From: an uncultured Pseudomonadota bacterium
GTDB taxonomy: Bacteria; Babelota; Babeliae; Babelales; CAIQNR01
DNA: 64,000 nucleotides
Assembly: GCA_964604015.1 (NCBI GenBank)
Contig: CAZRXF010000012.1
Coordinates: forward strand, 67,068-131,067
Direction: 5' to 3'
Shown here: positions 9,485 through 19,400 of the stretch, piece by piece
Position numbering within the stretch: position 1 is the first letter of the stretch
Layout of the letters: each line of letters begins with the position of its first letter
Program-made: the position numbers and the translations under genes
Notes under the pieces: generated by a model
Told to the model about the DNA's origin: nothing
Seen by the model: only the letters and a program-made list of their open reading frames with translations
The model's database searches: none

Positions 9485-9832
9485 CTAATTTTTTTTCTGT
9501 GCATCATCGTATGCAAGGGCAAGTTTAACTTGTAGGTCGGAATAGTTCTCAAGGGCTTTCGTCGTTCTGCGAACCGCGTTGCTATAATTTTCTTCAGCTT
9601 CTAATAGCGCTCCTTCATAAGGTTTGCTTTTTTGTGAAAGGAGGATAGAGAGAGCTTCTTTAGAGCTTTTTTGAGCTTCTTGTGCTTTTAAGTATTGGTC
9701 ATAAGCCTGAGAGAGCGCTGCTGTGTCGTCCTCATTGAAAAGATTTGCATACTGAGGAGCAGCTCCCAAGAGAGGGAAGGTGACAAGGGCGCAGAAACTA
9801 TAAGTTAATGCGTAATAATAGTATTTTTTCAT
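9485..9832 (-). CDS. hypothetical secreted helical protein
   Basis: ATG (Met3 of the ORF) is preceded by AAGGAG at about 7 nt. Signal-like MKKYYYYALTYSFCALVTFPLLGA. Remainder is Ala/Glu/Lys/Gln-rich and helical in character. Confidence 0.5.
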   Translation of the reverse strand: MKKYYYYALTYSFCALVTFPLLGAAPQYANLFNEDDTAALSQAYDQYLKAQEAQKSSKEALSILLSQKSKPYEGALLEAEENYSNAVRRTTKALENYSDLQVKLALAYDDAQKKN

Positions 9833-9915
9833 AGACAACTCCTTTTTTTATGATTCAGGAAATTTTACATCCTGAGTATATGAAATTTTTTAATACTAAG
9901 GATTTCTGTGTTCTA

Positions 9916-10266
9916 CTAAGAAGATTCAGTGAATGCATTGGGAATGTACGTGATATGGAAATCGTTACCCTCGACAAGTGCAACATCGAATCGAACTGTT
10001 GTATTCTCAATGGCATTACGAACAAGAAAGTGCTTTGCAGTGAAGATAATCTTCTTTTGTTTTGTGGGAGTGACAACTTCTGAAAGGCCACTGGTTCCAA
10101 ATACACGTGCTTTTACTTCGACAAAAACAACGAGATCTTTTTTGCGGGCGATGATATCTACTTCACCACCACGAATACGGTAATTGCGTTCAAGAATGGA
10201 GAAGCCATCTTTCGCAAGAGAAATTGCAACAGCGTCTTCGCCCGCTGGGCCTAGGGTACGTGACAT
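9916..10266 (-). CDS. yraN: YraN-family (UPF0102) endonuclease-like protein
   Basis: GEDAVAISLAKDGFSILERNYRIRGGEVDIIARKKDLVVFVEVKAR matches the YraN/UPF0102 core (GE-x-A...G..il.rN.r...GEiDii...lvFvEVK.R). Confidence 0.8.
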   Translation of the reverse strand: MSRTLGPAGEDAVAISLAKDGFSILERNYRIRGGEVDIIARKKDLVVFVEVKARVFGTSGLSEVVTPTKQKKIIFTAKHFLVRNAIENTTVRFDVALVEGNDFHITYIPNAFTESS

Positions 10267-10269
10267 GAT

Positions 10270-11211
10270 TTAAAATCGAGCAACGTAGTTAGGAATTGCC
10301 TTCTTTGCTTGAGCTAAGCGAACTTCCTCAGGAAAGCGGGTCGTCAATTCTTGAGAGATACGAGTAATGCGCGGTTCATCGCGCTGTGCTTGTGCAAGGC
10401 GTAGTTCGCATTCAAGAAATTTTGGTTCAAGATCGGATCGCTTTGGAAGCAGGGAACCACGCATGCTTGCAAGCCGTTTTTCAGCTGCCTTAAAGCTCTG
10501 TTTTTTTAGATAGAAATCGAACACCACCACATCATGTTCATAGAGCCGTGTTTGGCAATGATATTTGATCGATTCAACGTCGTATGCGTATTTTTTAAAA
10601 ATGGTGTTGTTGCCTTCCAAGAATGCATCGGCAAGTGCAATCGTTTTATGGGTTGCTGTTTGGTCGCGGTCTTGTTGGAGCATTGAATAGAAATTGCTCA
10701 ATATACCTTTATATTTTGCGTAGGCTGCTTTTTCTTTGTCCCCTGGGTACAAGTTAATGTACTCGTCGTACAACTTTGCTGCTCCTTTTAAATTTCCTTC
10801 TTGGAAGGTGATATCGGCAATTTCAAGTTTTACGTTTTTAACGACGGTGGTGTTCTTGGTTTTCTTTTCAAGTTTTTTCAAGAAATTAAGGGCATCGTCA
10901 TACCAACCAAGGGTGATACTAATGTCGGCAACCGTTCTCAACTCTGGTTCTGACAACCCCTTTAACACTTTTCCTGAAGTCAGGTGACGGTACTGCTTTT
11001 TAAGAGCAATACGTTCTTTGCGCGTGATATCTTTTTTAGTCAGAAAGGTTGGCGCTTCTTTGATTGACTGCACAGCGGAAACTTTTGGGGCCTCTGCTTG
11101 GGCGACAGTTACGGGTTCCTGTTGTTCCCCTTCTGCATGAGTGGTGTATGTCCACGCAGGAATGAATAACCCTACGATGAAAAAACGGGATACCAGAGCG
11201 AGAAAACGCAT
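10270..11211 (-). CDS. secreted TPR-repeat protein, BamD/YfiO-like (tentative)
   Basis: Signal-like N-terminus. Repeated helical TPR-like segments (LGWYDDALNFLKKLEKK; GNLKGAAKLYDEYINLYPGDKEKAAYAKYK). No lipobox Cys. AGAGG RBS before Met3. Confidence 0.55.
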   Translation of the reverse strand: MRFLALVSRFFIVGLFIPAWTYTTHAEGEQQEPVTVAQAEAPKVSAVQSIKEAPTFLTKKDITRKERIALKKQYRHLTSGKVLKGLSEPELRTVADISITLGWYDDALNFLKKLEKKTKNTTVVKNVKLEIADITFQEGNLKGAAKLYDEYINLYPGDKEKAAYAKYKGILSNFYSMLQQDRDQTATHKTIALADAFLEGNNTIFKKYAYDVESIKYHCQTRLYEHDVVVFDFYLKKQSFKAAEKRLASMRGSLLPKRSDLEPKFLECELRLAQAQRDEPRITRISQELTTRFPEEVRLAQAKKAIPNYVARF

Positions 11212-11385
11212 ACGCAACCTCTGTTCTTCTCAGGAATATGATTAGTTTCAAAATCATTCTGCAGGATAGCATATCACTTGGGGGCCTGCAACGAGGGTGG
11301 GCTCTACCAACATTTGCCCGAGTCTGTTATCTTGACTGAAGCAAGCCTAAAAAGGTGTCAGGAATCCAAGGCGTACGGGGAGCAG

Positions 11386-13089
11386 ATGATAAAAAAGACG
11401 ATCGGACAGATCCTAGTGGAGGAGGGAGTATTATCTCCCCAGGCGTTGGCAGATTATGAACAGGAGGCTCACAAAGAGCGGGCTCCCCTTGTTCGCTACC
11501 TCCAGGAAAAAAAGCTTGTCTCTCAGGAAGCCATTGCGCGTGCCTACGCGTACCAGTCAGAGCTTCCGTATTTTGAAAAAATTTCTGACGAAATGGCAGA
11601 TCCTTCCCTGCTTTCTAAAGTTCCTCTCAAGTTCTTACGCGAGAATTTGATCATTCCCCTGAAAGATAAAGGGGGAGTGTTACTGGTTGTTGCTAACCCA
11701 ATGAATTTTCAACCGATTGATGACCTTACCCTCCTTTTGGGGCAACCAACTTCTACTGCTGTGGCAACGCCCAAAGTGATTTCTGATGCGCTCAACCATT
11801 ATTATCCGCTTGAAGGTACCGATCAGATGATGGAGGATTTGGAAGAAGAATCTGATGTTGCGGGGCTTTCTTTTGGAGAAATTGACGAGCGAGATATTTT
11901 AAGCAGCGCCAACGATGCTCCGATCATCAAGCTGGTTAACTACGTGTTGTTTCAAGCAGTTAAAATGGAAACATCTGATATTCACATTGAGCCAGAAGAA
12001 AAAGAAATCCGTGTGCGCTACCGCATCGACGGGATCATGCGCCAGTTTATGACGATGCCCAAGCGGGTACAAAATGCGGTTATTTCTCGTGTCAAAATTA
12101 TGGCGGGAATGAACATTGCAGAAAAACGTAAACCGCAAGATGGTCGTATTGAAATTAAAGTCTCTGACAAACGGTTTGATATTCGTGTGAACTTGCTCCC
12201 CGTCATTTATGGTGAAAAAGTGGTAATGCGTATCCTCGATAAGGAAAAAGGGTTTGCAGAACTTGATAAGTTGGGATTTAGCCCTCATGACTTTGAGCGA
12301 ATCACCAATGTCATTGCTCGTCCTAACGGTATCATCCTCGTATCTGGTCCTACCGGCTCTGGTAAAACGACCACGTTGTATTCGATTTTAAGTCGCTTGA
12401 ATCAACCAACTGTTAACATCGTTACGGTTGAAGATCCGGTTGAGTATCAGCTTGCAGGTATTTCTCAAGTGCAGGTAAATGAAAAAGCAGGGCTTACCTT
12501 TGCGGTCGCGTTACGTGCCATCTTGCGTCAAGATCCTGATATTGTGATGATCGGTGAAACGCGTGATGGAGAAACAGCACAAATTGCTATTCAGGCAGCG
12601 CTGACCGGTCACTTGGTGCTTAGCACCATTCACACCAACAGTGCACCTGCCACCATTACCCGTCTTATTGATATGGGGATAGAACCATTCCTTATTGCTT
12701 CCTCTATTGTGGGGGTAATTGGACAGCGCCTTGTTAGACGCCTCTGTTCTGTCTGCAAGCAGCCGTATACTCCTTCTCCTGAACTGTTAAAAAATCTTGG
12801 TCTTAAACCAGATAAAAAAATTACGTTCTACAAACCAAAAGGGTGCGATGAATGTTCGCAGCTGGGGTACAAAGGACGACTTTCCTTGTTTGAAGTTATG
12901 ACGATGAGTGATGAAATAGCTCGGTTTACCATGGAACGAGCTGCAACAACGGTCTTACGTAAACAAGCAGTCAAAGATGGCATGGTCTTACTGATACAAG
13001 ATGGTATCAGAAAAGTTGAATTGGGACTGACTAGTATCGAAGAAGTGCTTTCGGTAGCAACGGCCTATGACGAAAGTCTCGATCAATAA
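11386..13089 (+). CDS. gspE: type II secretion / type IV pilus assembly ATPase (GspE/PilB family)
   Basis: T2SSE_N-like N-domain. Walker A GPTGSGKTT, Asp/His boxes (VEDPVEY, LRQDPDIVMIGETRD, LVLSTIHTN). Tetracysteine CSVC...CDEC. Start set to Met37 after GGGGAG. Confidence 0.9.
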   Translation: MIKKTIGQILVEEGVLSPQALADYEQEAHKERAPLVRYLQEKKLVSQEAIARAYAYQSELPYFEKISDEMADPSLLSKVPLKFLRENLIIPLKDKGGVLLVVANPMNFQPIDDLTLLLGQPTSTAVATPKVISDALNHYYPLEGTDQMMEDLEEESDVAGLSFGEIDERDILSSANDAPIIKLVNYVLFQAVKMETSDIHIEPEEKEIRVRYRIDGIMRQFMTMPKRVQNAVISRVKIMAGMNIAEKRKPQDGRIEIKVSDKRFDIRVNLLPVIYGEKVVMRILDKEKGFAELDKLGFSPHDFERITNVIARPNGIILVSGPTGSGKTTTLYSILSRLNQPTVNIVTVEDPVEYQLAGISQVQVNEKAGLTFAVALRAILRQDPDIVMIGETRDGETAQIAIQAALTGHLVLSTIHTNSAPATITRLIDMGIEPFLIASSIVGVIGQRLVRRLCSVCKQPYTPSPELLKNLGLKPDKKITFYKPKGCDECSQLGYKGRLSLFEVMTMSDEIARFTMERAATTVLRKQAVKDGMVLLIQDGIRKVELGLTSIEEVLSVATAYDESLDQ

Positions 13090-13095
13090 ATTGGT

Positions 13096-15807
13096 ATGGA
13101 AAGTCGAACGGACCTGTTTTTCAAAATCATTTTCACACTCATCCTGGGGGCTGTTGGCTCATTGTGGTATCTCTCGCATAACGAGCGATGTAAAAATCTG
13201 GTACAGCAAAAAGTTGTATTGGCTCTTGAACGTGAATGTGGTGTTTCTTTTTCGGGTAAGCTTTCTTCGCTTTCATTTATAAAACCAGCGCTAGTCTTTA
13301 CCGATGTGACGTGCCGTCCCATTCTTGAACCTCAACAGTGGTGCTTGTCTGTACAAGAACTGACTCTTTCACTTTCCATGATAAAGCTTTTGATCAAGCG
13401 TTCGTTCTTTATTTCTGTTGATGCCTCATCAGTTACGCTTTTTTCTCAGGTAAAAGAGGGGTCTGTGTGTTTTGTACAATCTGTGCAAAAAATATTTGCA
13501 AAACCGGCAACGGTTTCTGTTCATCTTGATAGCTGTTCTTGTTCCAGCTGGAAAGCTCATCTAGAAGAAGAGCAGGGGAAATGGAAAGCGTCGTGGGGGG
13601 GAGACGTGCAGGTTGTTCGAGAAGCAACAGGATACAAAGCAGCTCTTATTCTCCTTCAGGGTGAAGCGCAGTTTGATCAGAAGGTTCCGGTATCACAACT
13701 TACAGGAACTGTTGAGCTGATGATGTCATTTGGCAAAACACCTGACCTTACGGTGAATCTTGGTGCACATCTTCCACTTGTTCTTGGTGCGCATGAGCGT
13801 TGTTATTTGACAGGCCGATGGGCGGGCAAAGAAGGGCAGTTTTCCTGCGTATCGGATCAAGGATCCTTTTCTTGTAAAACAATTTCTGTAGCGCTTGAAA
13901 AAGAGGGGCCACGAGTGAATGTGGAAGGGGATGTCTCATTGGCAACCTGTATGCAAGCAGTTCGATTCCCGTACACGCAGCAGGTCTTTGGACGTTGTTC
14001 ATTTGGTTTGCAAGGAACGATAGGGGGCACACTTTCTGGTACTGTTTCATTGCAAGAAGGGCGCCTTGCTGGGTGGATGGTGGAGCATGCGACAACGTCA
14101 TTTGTGATGAATCCTGCAGGTGTTGAAGGAACATTCTCCTATCACCAACAAACAGAGCAGTTGCAGGGAAATTGGGCATGGAGTAATGCACGGCAACAGC
14201 TAGTTTTCGAGCTTGCAAACACAACGCCTTTCACTCTTTTTGCAACGCAGTGGTACTTGCCTGGTGGAAAAACCCATTGCAAGGGACAGTACTATCCTAC
14301 ACAAGGGGGAACGTTTACCTACACGGTTCTGTGTGAGCATGCAAAGACAGAGGAACGGTTGGCAACTGAAGGGACCATTACGTGTACACAAGACGAAGTG
14401 AAAAGTGATGGGCTTCTTCATTTAAAAACAGGGACCTATGCGGTGCACACAGCTGCTTCTCGGGCGCAAGGGCCGTTTTCCCTGATTATACGCGATGCCA
14501 AAAAAGAGGGGGCTGAGCCGGTAGTTTTAGTCGAACGACAAGGAACGGAGATACAAACACGACTAGAACTTTCTTTTATCCAGAAGTTATTGAGTGAATA
14601 TGCACAGAGTGGAATGATTGCACAGGGAAGATTATTCATGACTGGCACCTGGCAGGGACCACATCTACGTGGATCGATTATGCTTTCAAATGGAATTGTA
14701 CGGCGCCCGGGGACCTACAATTTCATGCATGGTCTGCAGGCTGATTTTTCTTGTAATATTTTAAAGCGGCTTTTGACGGTAAGGAATCTGAAAATATCAC
14801 TACAAAAAGGAGTGATAGAAGGGACCTGTTTAAAAGTGGGCTACGATCCGGTGCTTGAAGGAATGTGGGCTCATTTACCACTTACGTTTTCTGACTGTTT
14901 TATTAATTGGAAAAAAGATTTGTACATGCTTCTTTCAGGCGCAGTGATAGGCAAAAAAAGTCCTCACGAAGATCCTTCCATTGAAGGATTTGTGGTACTT
15001 GATAAGGCACAATTAAAAGAAAATATTTTCTCACAAAAGACGCAAGATCTATTACTCAGTTCTTGGGGAGATTCGTCTGCAGGGCAAAAAATTTCGACAC
15101 GCATCGCCCTAACAAGTCGCTCTCCTGTTTCGGTTAAAACGGGTCAGTTAGAAACGGAAGCGGTTCTTGCTCTTGAGCTTTCAACCCGTGAGGGTGAACA
15201 TGAGGTGGAAGGAACTATTACGCTTCAGGGAGGAGCGATTCATTTTCCTGCACATTCTCTGTCAATTGTGAAAGGAAGGCTTATTTTTGTTCGTGAACAT
15301 CCGCAGGATCCTTTTATTGAATTGGTGGCTCAAGCTCGGATTAAGAAATATCTCGTAACGCTTTCTATTGGTGGCACAGGGCAAGATCCGCACCTTCTTT
15401 TTGATTCTGTTCCTGCCTTGTCAGAGGAACAGATCATGATGTTGCTCCTTTCAGGAAGTGAAGAAGAGTCATTTAATATTGCAGCCCCTGCTTTGATTAT
15501 GCGCAACATGGAAAAAATTATCTTTGGATCATCGTACCGTTCTCGTCACGATTCGTGGTTAGAGCCGTTAAAACGAATACGGTTTGTTCCACGGTTTACC
15601 GATCAAACAGGACGAGGCGGGTTTAAAGGAGCACTGGAAATTGAGGTCAGCAAGAAACTTCGGGCGATGATTGAAAAGAATTTTAGTTTGACCGAGGACG
15701 TAGCCTATGAAGTCGAATATCTCTTGACCGATGATGTGAGTCTACGCGCAAGTTGTGATGAACGGGGTGATCTGGGCGGAGAAATAGAGATGCGCTTTAA
15801 GTTCTAA
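13096..15807 (+). CDS. TamB/AsmA-like translocation and assembly module protein
   Basis: N-terminal TM anchor (LFFKIIFTLILGAVGSLWYL), long beta-rich body, and a C-terminal DUF490-like signature (VTLSIGGTGQDPHLLFDSVPALSEEQIMMLLLSG; EVEYLLTDDVSLRAS). Confidence 0.75.
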   Translation: MESRTDLFFKIIFTLILGAVGSLWYLSHNERCKNLVQQKVVLALERECGVSFSGKLSSLSFIKPALVFTDVTCRPILEPQQWCLSVQELTLSLSMIKLLIKRSFFISVDASSVTLFSQVKEGSVCFVQSVQKIFAKPATVSVHLDSCSCSSWKAHLEEEQGKWKASWGGDVQVVREATGYKAALILLQGEAQFDQKVPVSQLTGTVELMMSFGKTPDLTVNLGAHLPLVLGAHERCYLTGRWAGKEGQFSCVSDQGSFSCKTISVALEKEGPRVNVEGDVSLATCMQAVRFPYTQQVFGRCSFGLQGTIGGTLSGTVSLQEGRLAGWMVEHATTSFVMNPAGVEGTFSYHQQTEQLQGNWAWSNARQQLVFELANTTPFTLFATQWYLPGGKTHCKGQYYPTQGGTFTYTVLCEHAKTEERLATEGTITCTQDEVKSDGLLHLKTGTYAVHTAASRAQGPFSLIIRDAKKEGAEPVVLVERQGTEIQTRLELSFIQKLLSEYAQSGMIAQGRLFMTGTWQGPHLRGSIMLSNGIVRRPGTYNFMHGLQADFSCNILKRLLTVRNLKISLQKGVIEGTCLKVGYDPVLEGMWAHLPLTFSDCFINWKKDLYMLLSGAVIGKKSPHEDPSIEGFVVLDKAQLKENIFSQKTQDLLLSSWGDSSAGQKISTRIALTSRSPVSVKTGQLETEAVLALELSTREGEHEVEGTITLQGGAIHFPAHSLSIVKGRLIFVREHPQDPFIELVAQARIKKYLVTLSIGGTGQDPHLLFDSVPALSEEQIMMLLLSGSEEESFNIAAPALIMRNMEKIIFGSSYRSRHDSWLEPLKRIRFVPRFTDQTGRGGFKGALEIEVSKKLRAMIEKNFSLTEDVAYEVEYLLTDDVSLRASCDERGDLGGEIEMRFKF

Positions 15808-15837
15808 TAGCTTCTCATCATAAAAAAGGAAAAGTAG

Positions 15838-16581
15838 ATGAACCTAAAAAAGTATTTTTTCTATCTGATTATTTTGTATGGCTCTTGCGATGCATTACTG
15901 CATGCTAAAAAAGAAACGACCGATACCAAGGAGCAGGTGCGGGCGGTGGTAGAACAGTATTGTGGAGTTCCCGATATCGATATCATCTGGTTTGCGCCCG
16001 ATAATGGGCGGCTCTATAAAATGCTTATCCGAGGGCTTATTCAAACAACCAGTAACGATGGCAGCATTCAAGTAGCAGCTTTTCGATTTACCGATAAAGA
16101 CGTAAAAAATGATCTTATCGATGCTTATAATCGTGGAGTAAAAGTTGAGATCGTGTTTGATCCAGGGGCCATGACGTCAACGTTTTACAGCCTTGCTTTT
16201 TCTTTATGTGAAGCTGGTATTTCCGTCTATCAGTACATTCCTGTTGGATTGATCCCGTTATCACAGCGAACAGAAGAGGTGCAGCGCATTTCGTATCAGG
16301 CGATCATGCATCACAAAACGATGCTTTTTAAAAAGACCTTTGGTGGCAAAGATATCGTGGTGTTTGGATCGCTTAATTTTACGACGGCAGGCTTTTATGG
16401 AAACGAAGAGTTGGTGCAAGTGCGCAACAAACCAGAGGTTGTAACTGCTATTGCAGATCATTTCGAAAAGCTCAAAACCCGTTCTTATAAAGTTGAAACG
16501 TACCGTTTACCAAGACGGGGAGTGTTGCACAGATTCTCAGAAATGATTCCGCGTACGTTTACAAAAAAACTTTTACCATAA
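15838..16581 (+). CDS. secreted phospholipase D/Nuc-like HKD-superfamily protein (variant motif)
   Basis: Signal peptide. Single HKD-type motif HHKTMLFKK...VVFGSLNFT (H-x-K-x4-K rather than D, followed by GS-x-N). Size is like Nuc-type single-HKD proteins. Confidence 0.65.
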   Translation: MNLKKYFFYLIILYGSCDALLHAKKETTDTKEQVRAVVEQYCGVPDIDIIWFAPDNGRLYKMLIRGLIQTTSNDGSIQVAAFRFTDKDVKNDLIDAYNRGVKVEIVFDPGAMTSTFYSLAFSLCEAGISVYQYIPVGLIPLSQRTEEVQRISYQAIMHHKTMLFKKTFGGKDIVVFGSLNFTTAGFYGNEELVQVRNKPEVVTAIADHFEKLKTRSYKVETYRLPRRGVLHRFSEMIPRTFTKKLLP

Positions 16582-16586
16582 AAATA

Positions 16587-16625
16587 AAAGCCCTCTAGAG
16601 CAATAATCTAGAGGGCTTTTATTTT
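16587..16625. terminator. bidirectional intrinsic terminator
   Basis: Stem aaagccctctag/ctagagggcttt (12 bp), followed by ttttattttt and preceded by an A-run. Sits between convergent genes. Confidence 0.7.
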
Positions 16626-16657
16626 TACGATTTTTCATATCACTCGGATATGTGAAA

Positions 16658-17107
16658 TTATTTATGTCCTATTGTAAGTAAAAAAGCTTGTAGTTCTTCT
16701 GGTGTAAGGTTTGATGTAAGGCCTCTTCTTTTTTGTTCTTTTACTTCTTTTGCAAAATTTGCATGGAGTGTTTGTAGGGTCTTCTTTTGAGCTTTATTTA
16801 ATCCAACTATTTTTTTTCTAAAATCTTCATAGTTTGGAAATACTTCCCTATACGGACGTGAAATAGTGATTTCTATAAAGGACTGAGGAGAAAAAATTTT
16901 GCTTGCTGGTGTAGAGCCTATGTATTCTTCTCCATGAATTTTTCTCATAGGAAGATTCCAATACCAAGCGCGTGGGGGATGCTCTTTAAAATATAATTCA
17001 ACAGCATCTATTTGTTCTTCTTTTGATGTAGCGGCAAGAGAGGTTTGTGCATAGGTGCAAGCTTGGATGGCGCTTAGTGCAAATAACATAAAATTACTTT
17101 TTTTCAT
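16658..17107 (-). CDS. hypothetical secreted protein
   Basis: GGAG RBS. Signal peptide MKKSNFMLFALSAIQACTYAQT. No family recognised. Confidence 0.5.
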   Translation of the reverse strand: MKKSNFMLFALSAIQACTYAQTSLAATSKEEQIDAVELYFKEHPPRAWYWNLPMRKIHGEEYIGSTPASKIFSPQSFIEITISRPYREVFPNYEDFRKKIVGLNKAQKKTLQTLHANFAKEVKEQKRRGLTSNLTPEELQAFLLTIGHK

Positions 17108-17121
17108 TTTTAATCTCCATT

Positions 17122-17457
17122 TTATCTTCGAACCATCGTTTCAAGCCACTGCCTATACGTTTGTGGTTGCGCAGGAACAGGGCCAGGCGCGCGTTGAGCA
17201 ACAAAAATGGTGTCCTTTAATCGTTGAATGGCTTTTTTATCCTGAGGTGCCGCGGCTTCTAACTGAACCAATTGGTCTTTAAGTTTTTGCAATCCATCTG
17301 GGTGTGCTGCGTAATAATCAGCGTAAGGGTTGGGGGATCCTGGCTTGCGAAGGAATTTGAGATATTCCTGATAGATCCATTCTTTCGAATAGGGTGCTGG
17401 CGTAGATGCGTGCAGCTGTGCAGCACAGGCAAGAATAACGATAACTATTTTTTTCAT
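17122..17457 (-). CDS. hypothetical secreted protein
   Basis: GGAG RBS. Signal peptide MKKIVIVILACAAQLHAS. Pro/Gln-rich mature part. Confidence 0.5.
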   Translation of the reverse strand: MKKIVIVILACAAQLHASTPAPYSKEWIYQEYLKFLRKPGSPNPYADYYAAHPDGLQKLKDQLVQLEAAAPQDKKAIQRLKDTIFVAQRAPGPVPAQPQTYRQWLETMVRR

Positions 17458-17525
17458 AACAACTCCATTTGTTTATGAACCCTACACGGAAAGAAGGGCT
17501 TAAAAAGCCCTTCAACAAAATTGTT

Positions 17526-18137
17526 TTACCAGCCTTCTGTTACGTTGAAATAGGCGAGCCCCACTTGTATCTGGAAGTTTTCAAATTCCATATCTGCAAG
17601 CACAGCTCTGCGATGATTTTTATAAGAGTCATCTTTCTTTTCGTCTCTGTGGGCAGCGTCAGCAGCAGTTTTTAATTCAGAGTACTGTGCCTTTTCTTGT
17701 TCAGATAACTTTGCAAATTGTTTCTCGAATGCGGTACCAGTGAGCTCAACCAAAGTTTTTTCCATGCGTACTGCCGGTCCATGAAAATAGAAGGTATGGA
17801 TTGTGCCAAGGCCGTTGGTTTGAGCAAAGTCAGCGACCTTTTCTTCTGCAGCAAAGTATGCTTCACCGCGTGCTGCATAGAGGTCTTGTAAAAGTGCATA
17901 GTACTGCTTTTTTTGTTCAACAGATAATGCTGTAAGATGTTTTTTTCGATTCTTGAAAAATATAAAAGTTCTTCCTTGGAATGGTTCAGTGTTCATGAGC
18001 CACATGCGGTTAGGAAGTCTGTTGGCGAGTGTGGTGAAATTTTTTTCAGCGTAGGGCCTTTCAACGACCTTCTGGTATTTCCCAAAAGCCTGAGTTGCAA
18101 CTAAACATAGCGCGGCAATATATACTTTTTTCATCAT
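17526..18137 (-). CDS. hypothetical secreted protein
   Basis: Start set to Met11 (MMKKVYIAALCLVATQAFG), about 8 nt after GGAGA. No family recognised. Confidence 0.5.
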   Translation of the reverse strand: MMKKVYIAALCLVATQAFGKYQKVVERPYAEKNFTTLANRLPNRMWLMNTEPFQGRTFIFFKNRKKHLTALSVEQKKQYYALLQDLYAARGEAYFAAEEKVADFAQTNGLGTIHTFYFHGPAVRMEKTLVELTGTAFEKQFAKLSEQEKAQYSELKTAADAAHRDEKKDDSYKNHRRAVLADMEFENFQIQVGLAYFNVTEGW

Positions 18138-18245
18138 AGGTTTGATCTCCATTTTAAACCTCTCCATTTTAGATGTTCACTCTTCAGTATGCCGATTAGA
18201 TCGCAATGATCGCAATGATTTCATTCTAAAATGTTGATGGAAAGC

Positions 18246-19184
18246 TTATTTTGCTAGTTGTTTGAGCAATGATTCCATGTCTTCAGGAAGTGGGGAAGAG
18301 AAGTGATATTCCTTCCCTTGGAAGGTAAAATGGAGCGCGGATGCATGAAGTGCATGCCGCCCGATAAGCGCAGAGGTGCTTCCATAGAGCTTATCACCTA
18401 CCAAAGGATGCCCTGAGGTGGCAAAGTGAACTCTGATTTGATGCGTTCGTCCAGTAATAGGGCGTGCTTCCACCAATGCATGATCGGTAAGATAGGACAA
18501 GGTGGTAAAAGGAGTGCTTGCTGTGCGGCCTTCAGTGTGATGAGTCATTTTATTGCGTACTGTTTGATGACGGGCAATGGGATAGGTAATGATACCTTCT
18601 TTTTCTGGATGCCCTTTTACGATGGCAAGATAGGTCTTATGGATATGTCGATCTTTAAAAAGGGCGCTAAACGTAGCAAAAGCAGGAGCAGTCAGAGGAA
18701 TGATCATGAGTCCTGATGTTTCCTTATCAAGGCGGTGCACAATCCCGGGACGGTCTTTATAGCCGATAGATGCAAGATTAGAAAACGTAGTCAGGAGCCA
18801 GTCAACAAGGGTTGGTTCGGAGCTTTTTTCAGAAACAGGATGAACGGTTACTCCGGCAGGTTTATAGATAATGGCAAAAGAAGGTTCTTGGTGGATAACG
18901 GCAAGACCGGTATTTTCAAGCGCTGCGGCGTTGCGCGGTACATCTTTCTCTAGCAAGGGGAAGGTGATGTGAATAAGATCCCCAGCTTTAAGCGTCAAGC
19001 CGCTTTTTTTGGCAATACTTCCATTAATCTGTACCAATTTGTCGTCGATAACACGTGAAAAAAAGCTGCGAGAATAGCTGGGAAACTGCTCAATCAAAAA
19101 GACATCAAGGCGCGTACCGGCCTTTTCAGGTGGAACAGTGAACGTCTGGGACGTTCCAGGGACAATAAGAGTATGGTCGCTCAT
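18246..19184 (-). CDS. rluD: 23S rRNA pseudouridine synthase, RluD-type (RluA family with S4 domain)
   Basis: S4-like N-domain (RLDVFL...). Catalytic HRLDKETSGLMII. GRTHQIRVHF motif. Start set to Met13 (MSDHTLIVPG). Confidence 0.87.
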   Translation of the reverse strand: MSDHTLIVPGTSQTFTVPPEKAGTRLDVFLIEQFPSYSRSFFSRVIDDKLVQINGSIAKKSGLTLKAGDLIHITFPLLEKDVPRNAAALENTGLAVIHQEPSFAIIYKPAGVTVHPVSEKSSEPTLVDWLLTTFSNLASIGYKDRPGIVHRLDKETSGLMIIPLTAPAFATFSALFKDRHIHKTYLAIVKGHPEKEGIITYPIARHQTVRNKMTHHTEGRTASTPFTTLSYLTDHALVEARPITGRTHQIRVHFATSGHPLVGDKLYGSTSALIGRHALHASALHFTFQGKEYHFSSPLPEDMESLLKQLAK

Positions 19185-19400
19185 CGAAAAACCCCTTTTT
19201 ACGCTAGTTTTACTTTTCAACTGAGAAAAAAACGGTTAAAAATACCGTGTAGAATGAGGGTAAAAGACCGATTGCGCAAAGTCAAATGGACAAGTAAAAG
19301 GTATTGCGATAAGGTTGAAAAAGTAGAGGTAGCATGGCACTGCGATGTACTACTATTCTTGCTGAAAATACGTCGACCCGCTTGCAAGAGGAGAAGGGGT

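Noticed and set aside
19173-19400. 76-aa N-terminal extension of the mgtE ORF
   Set aside because: The extension would overlap the rluD start on the opposite strand and is Arg/Lys/Cys-rich nonsense. A strong GGAGAAGGGG RBS precedes Met77, where MgtE-like sequence begins.
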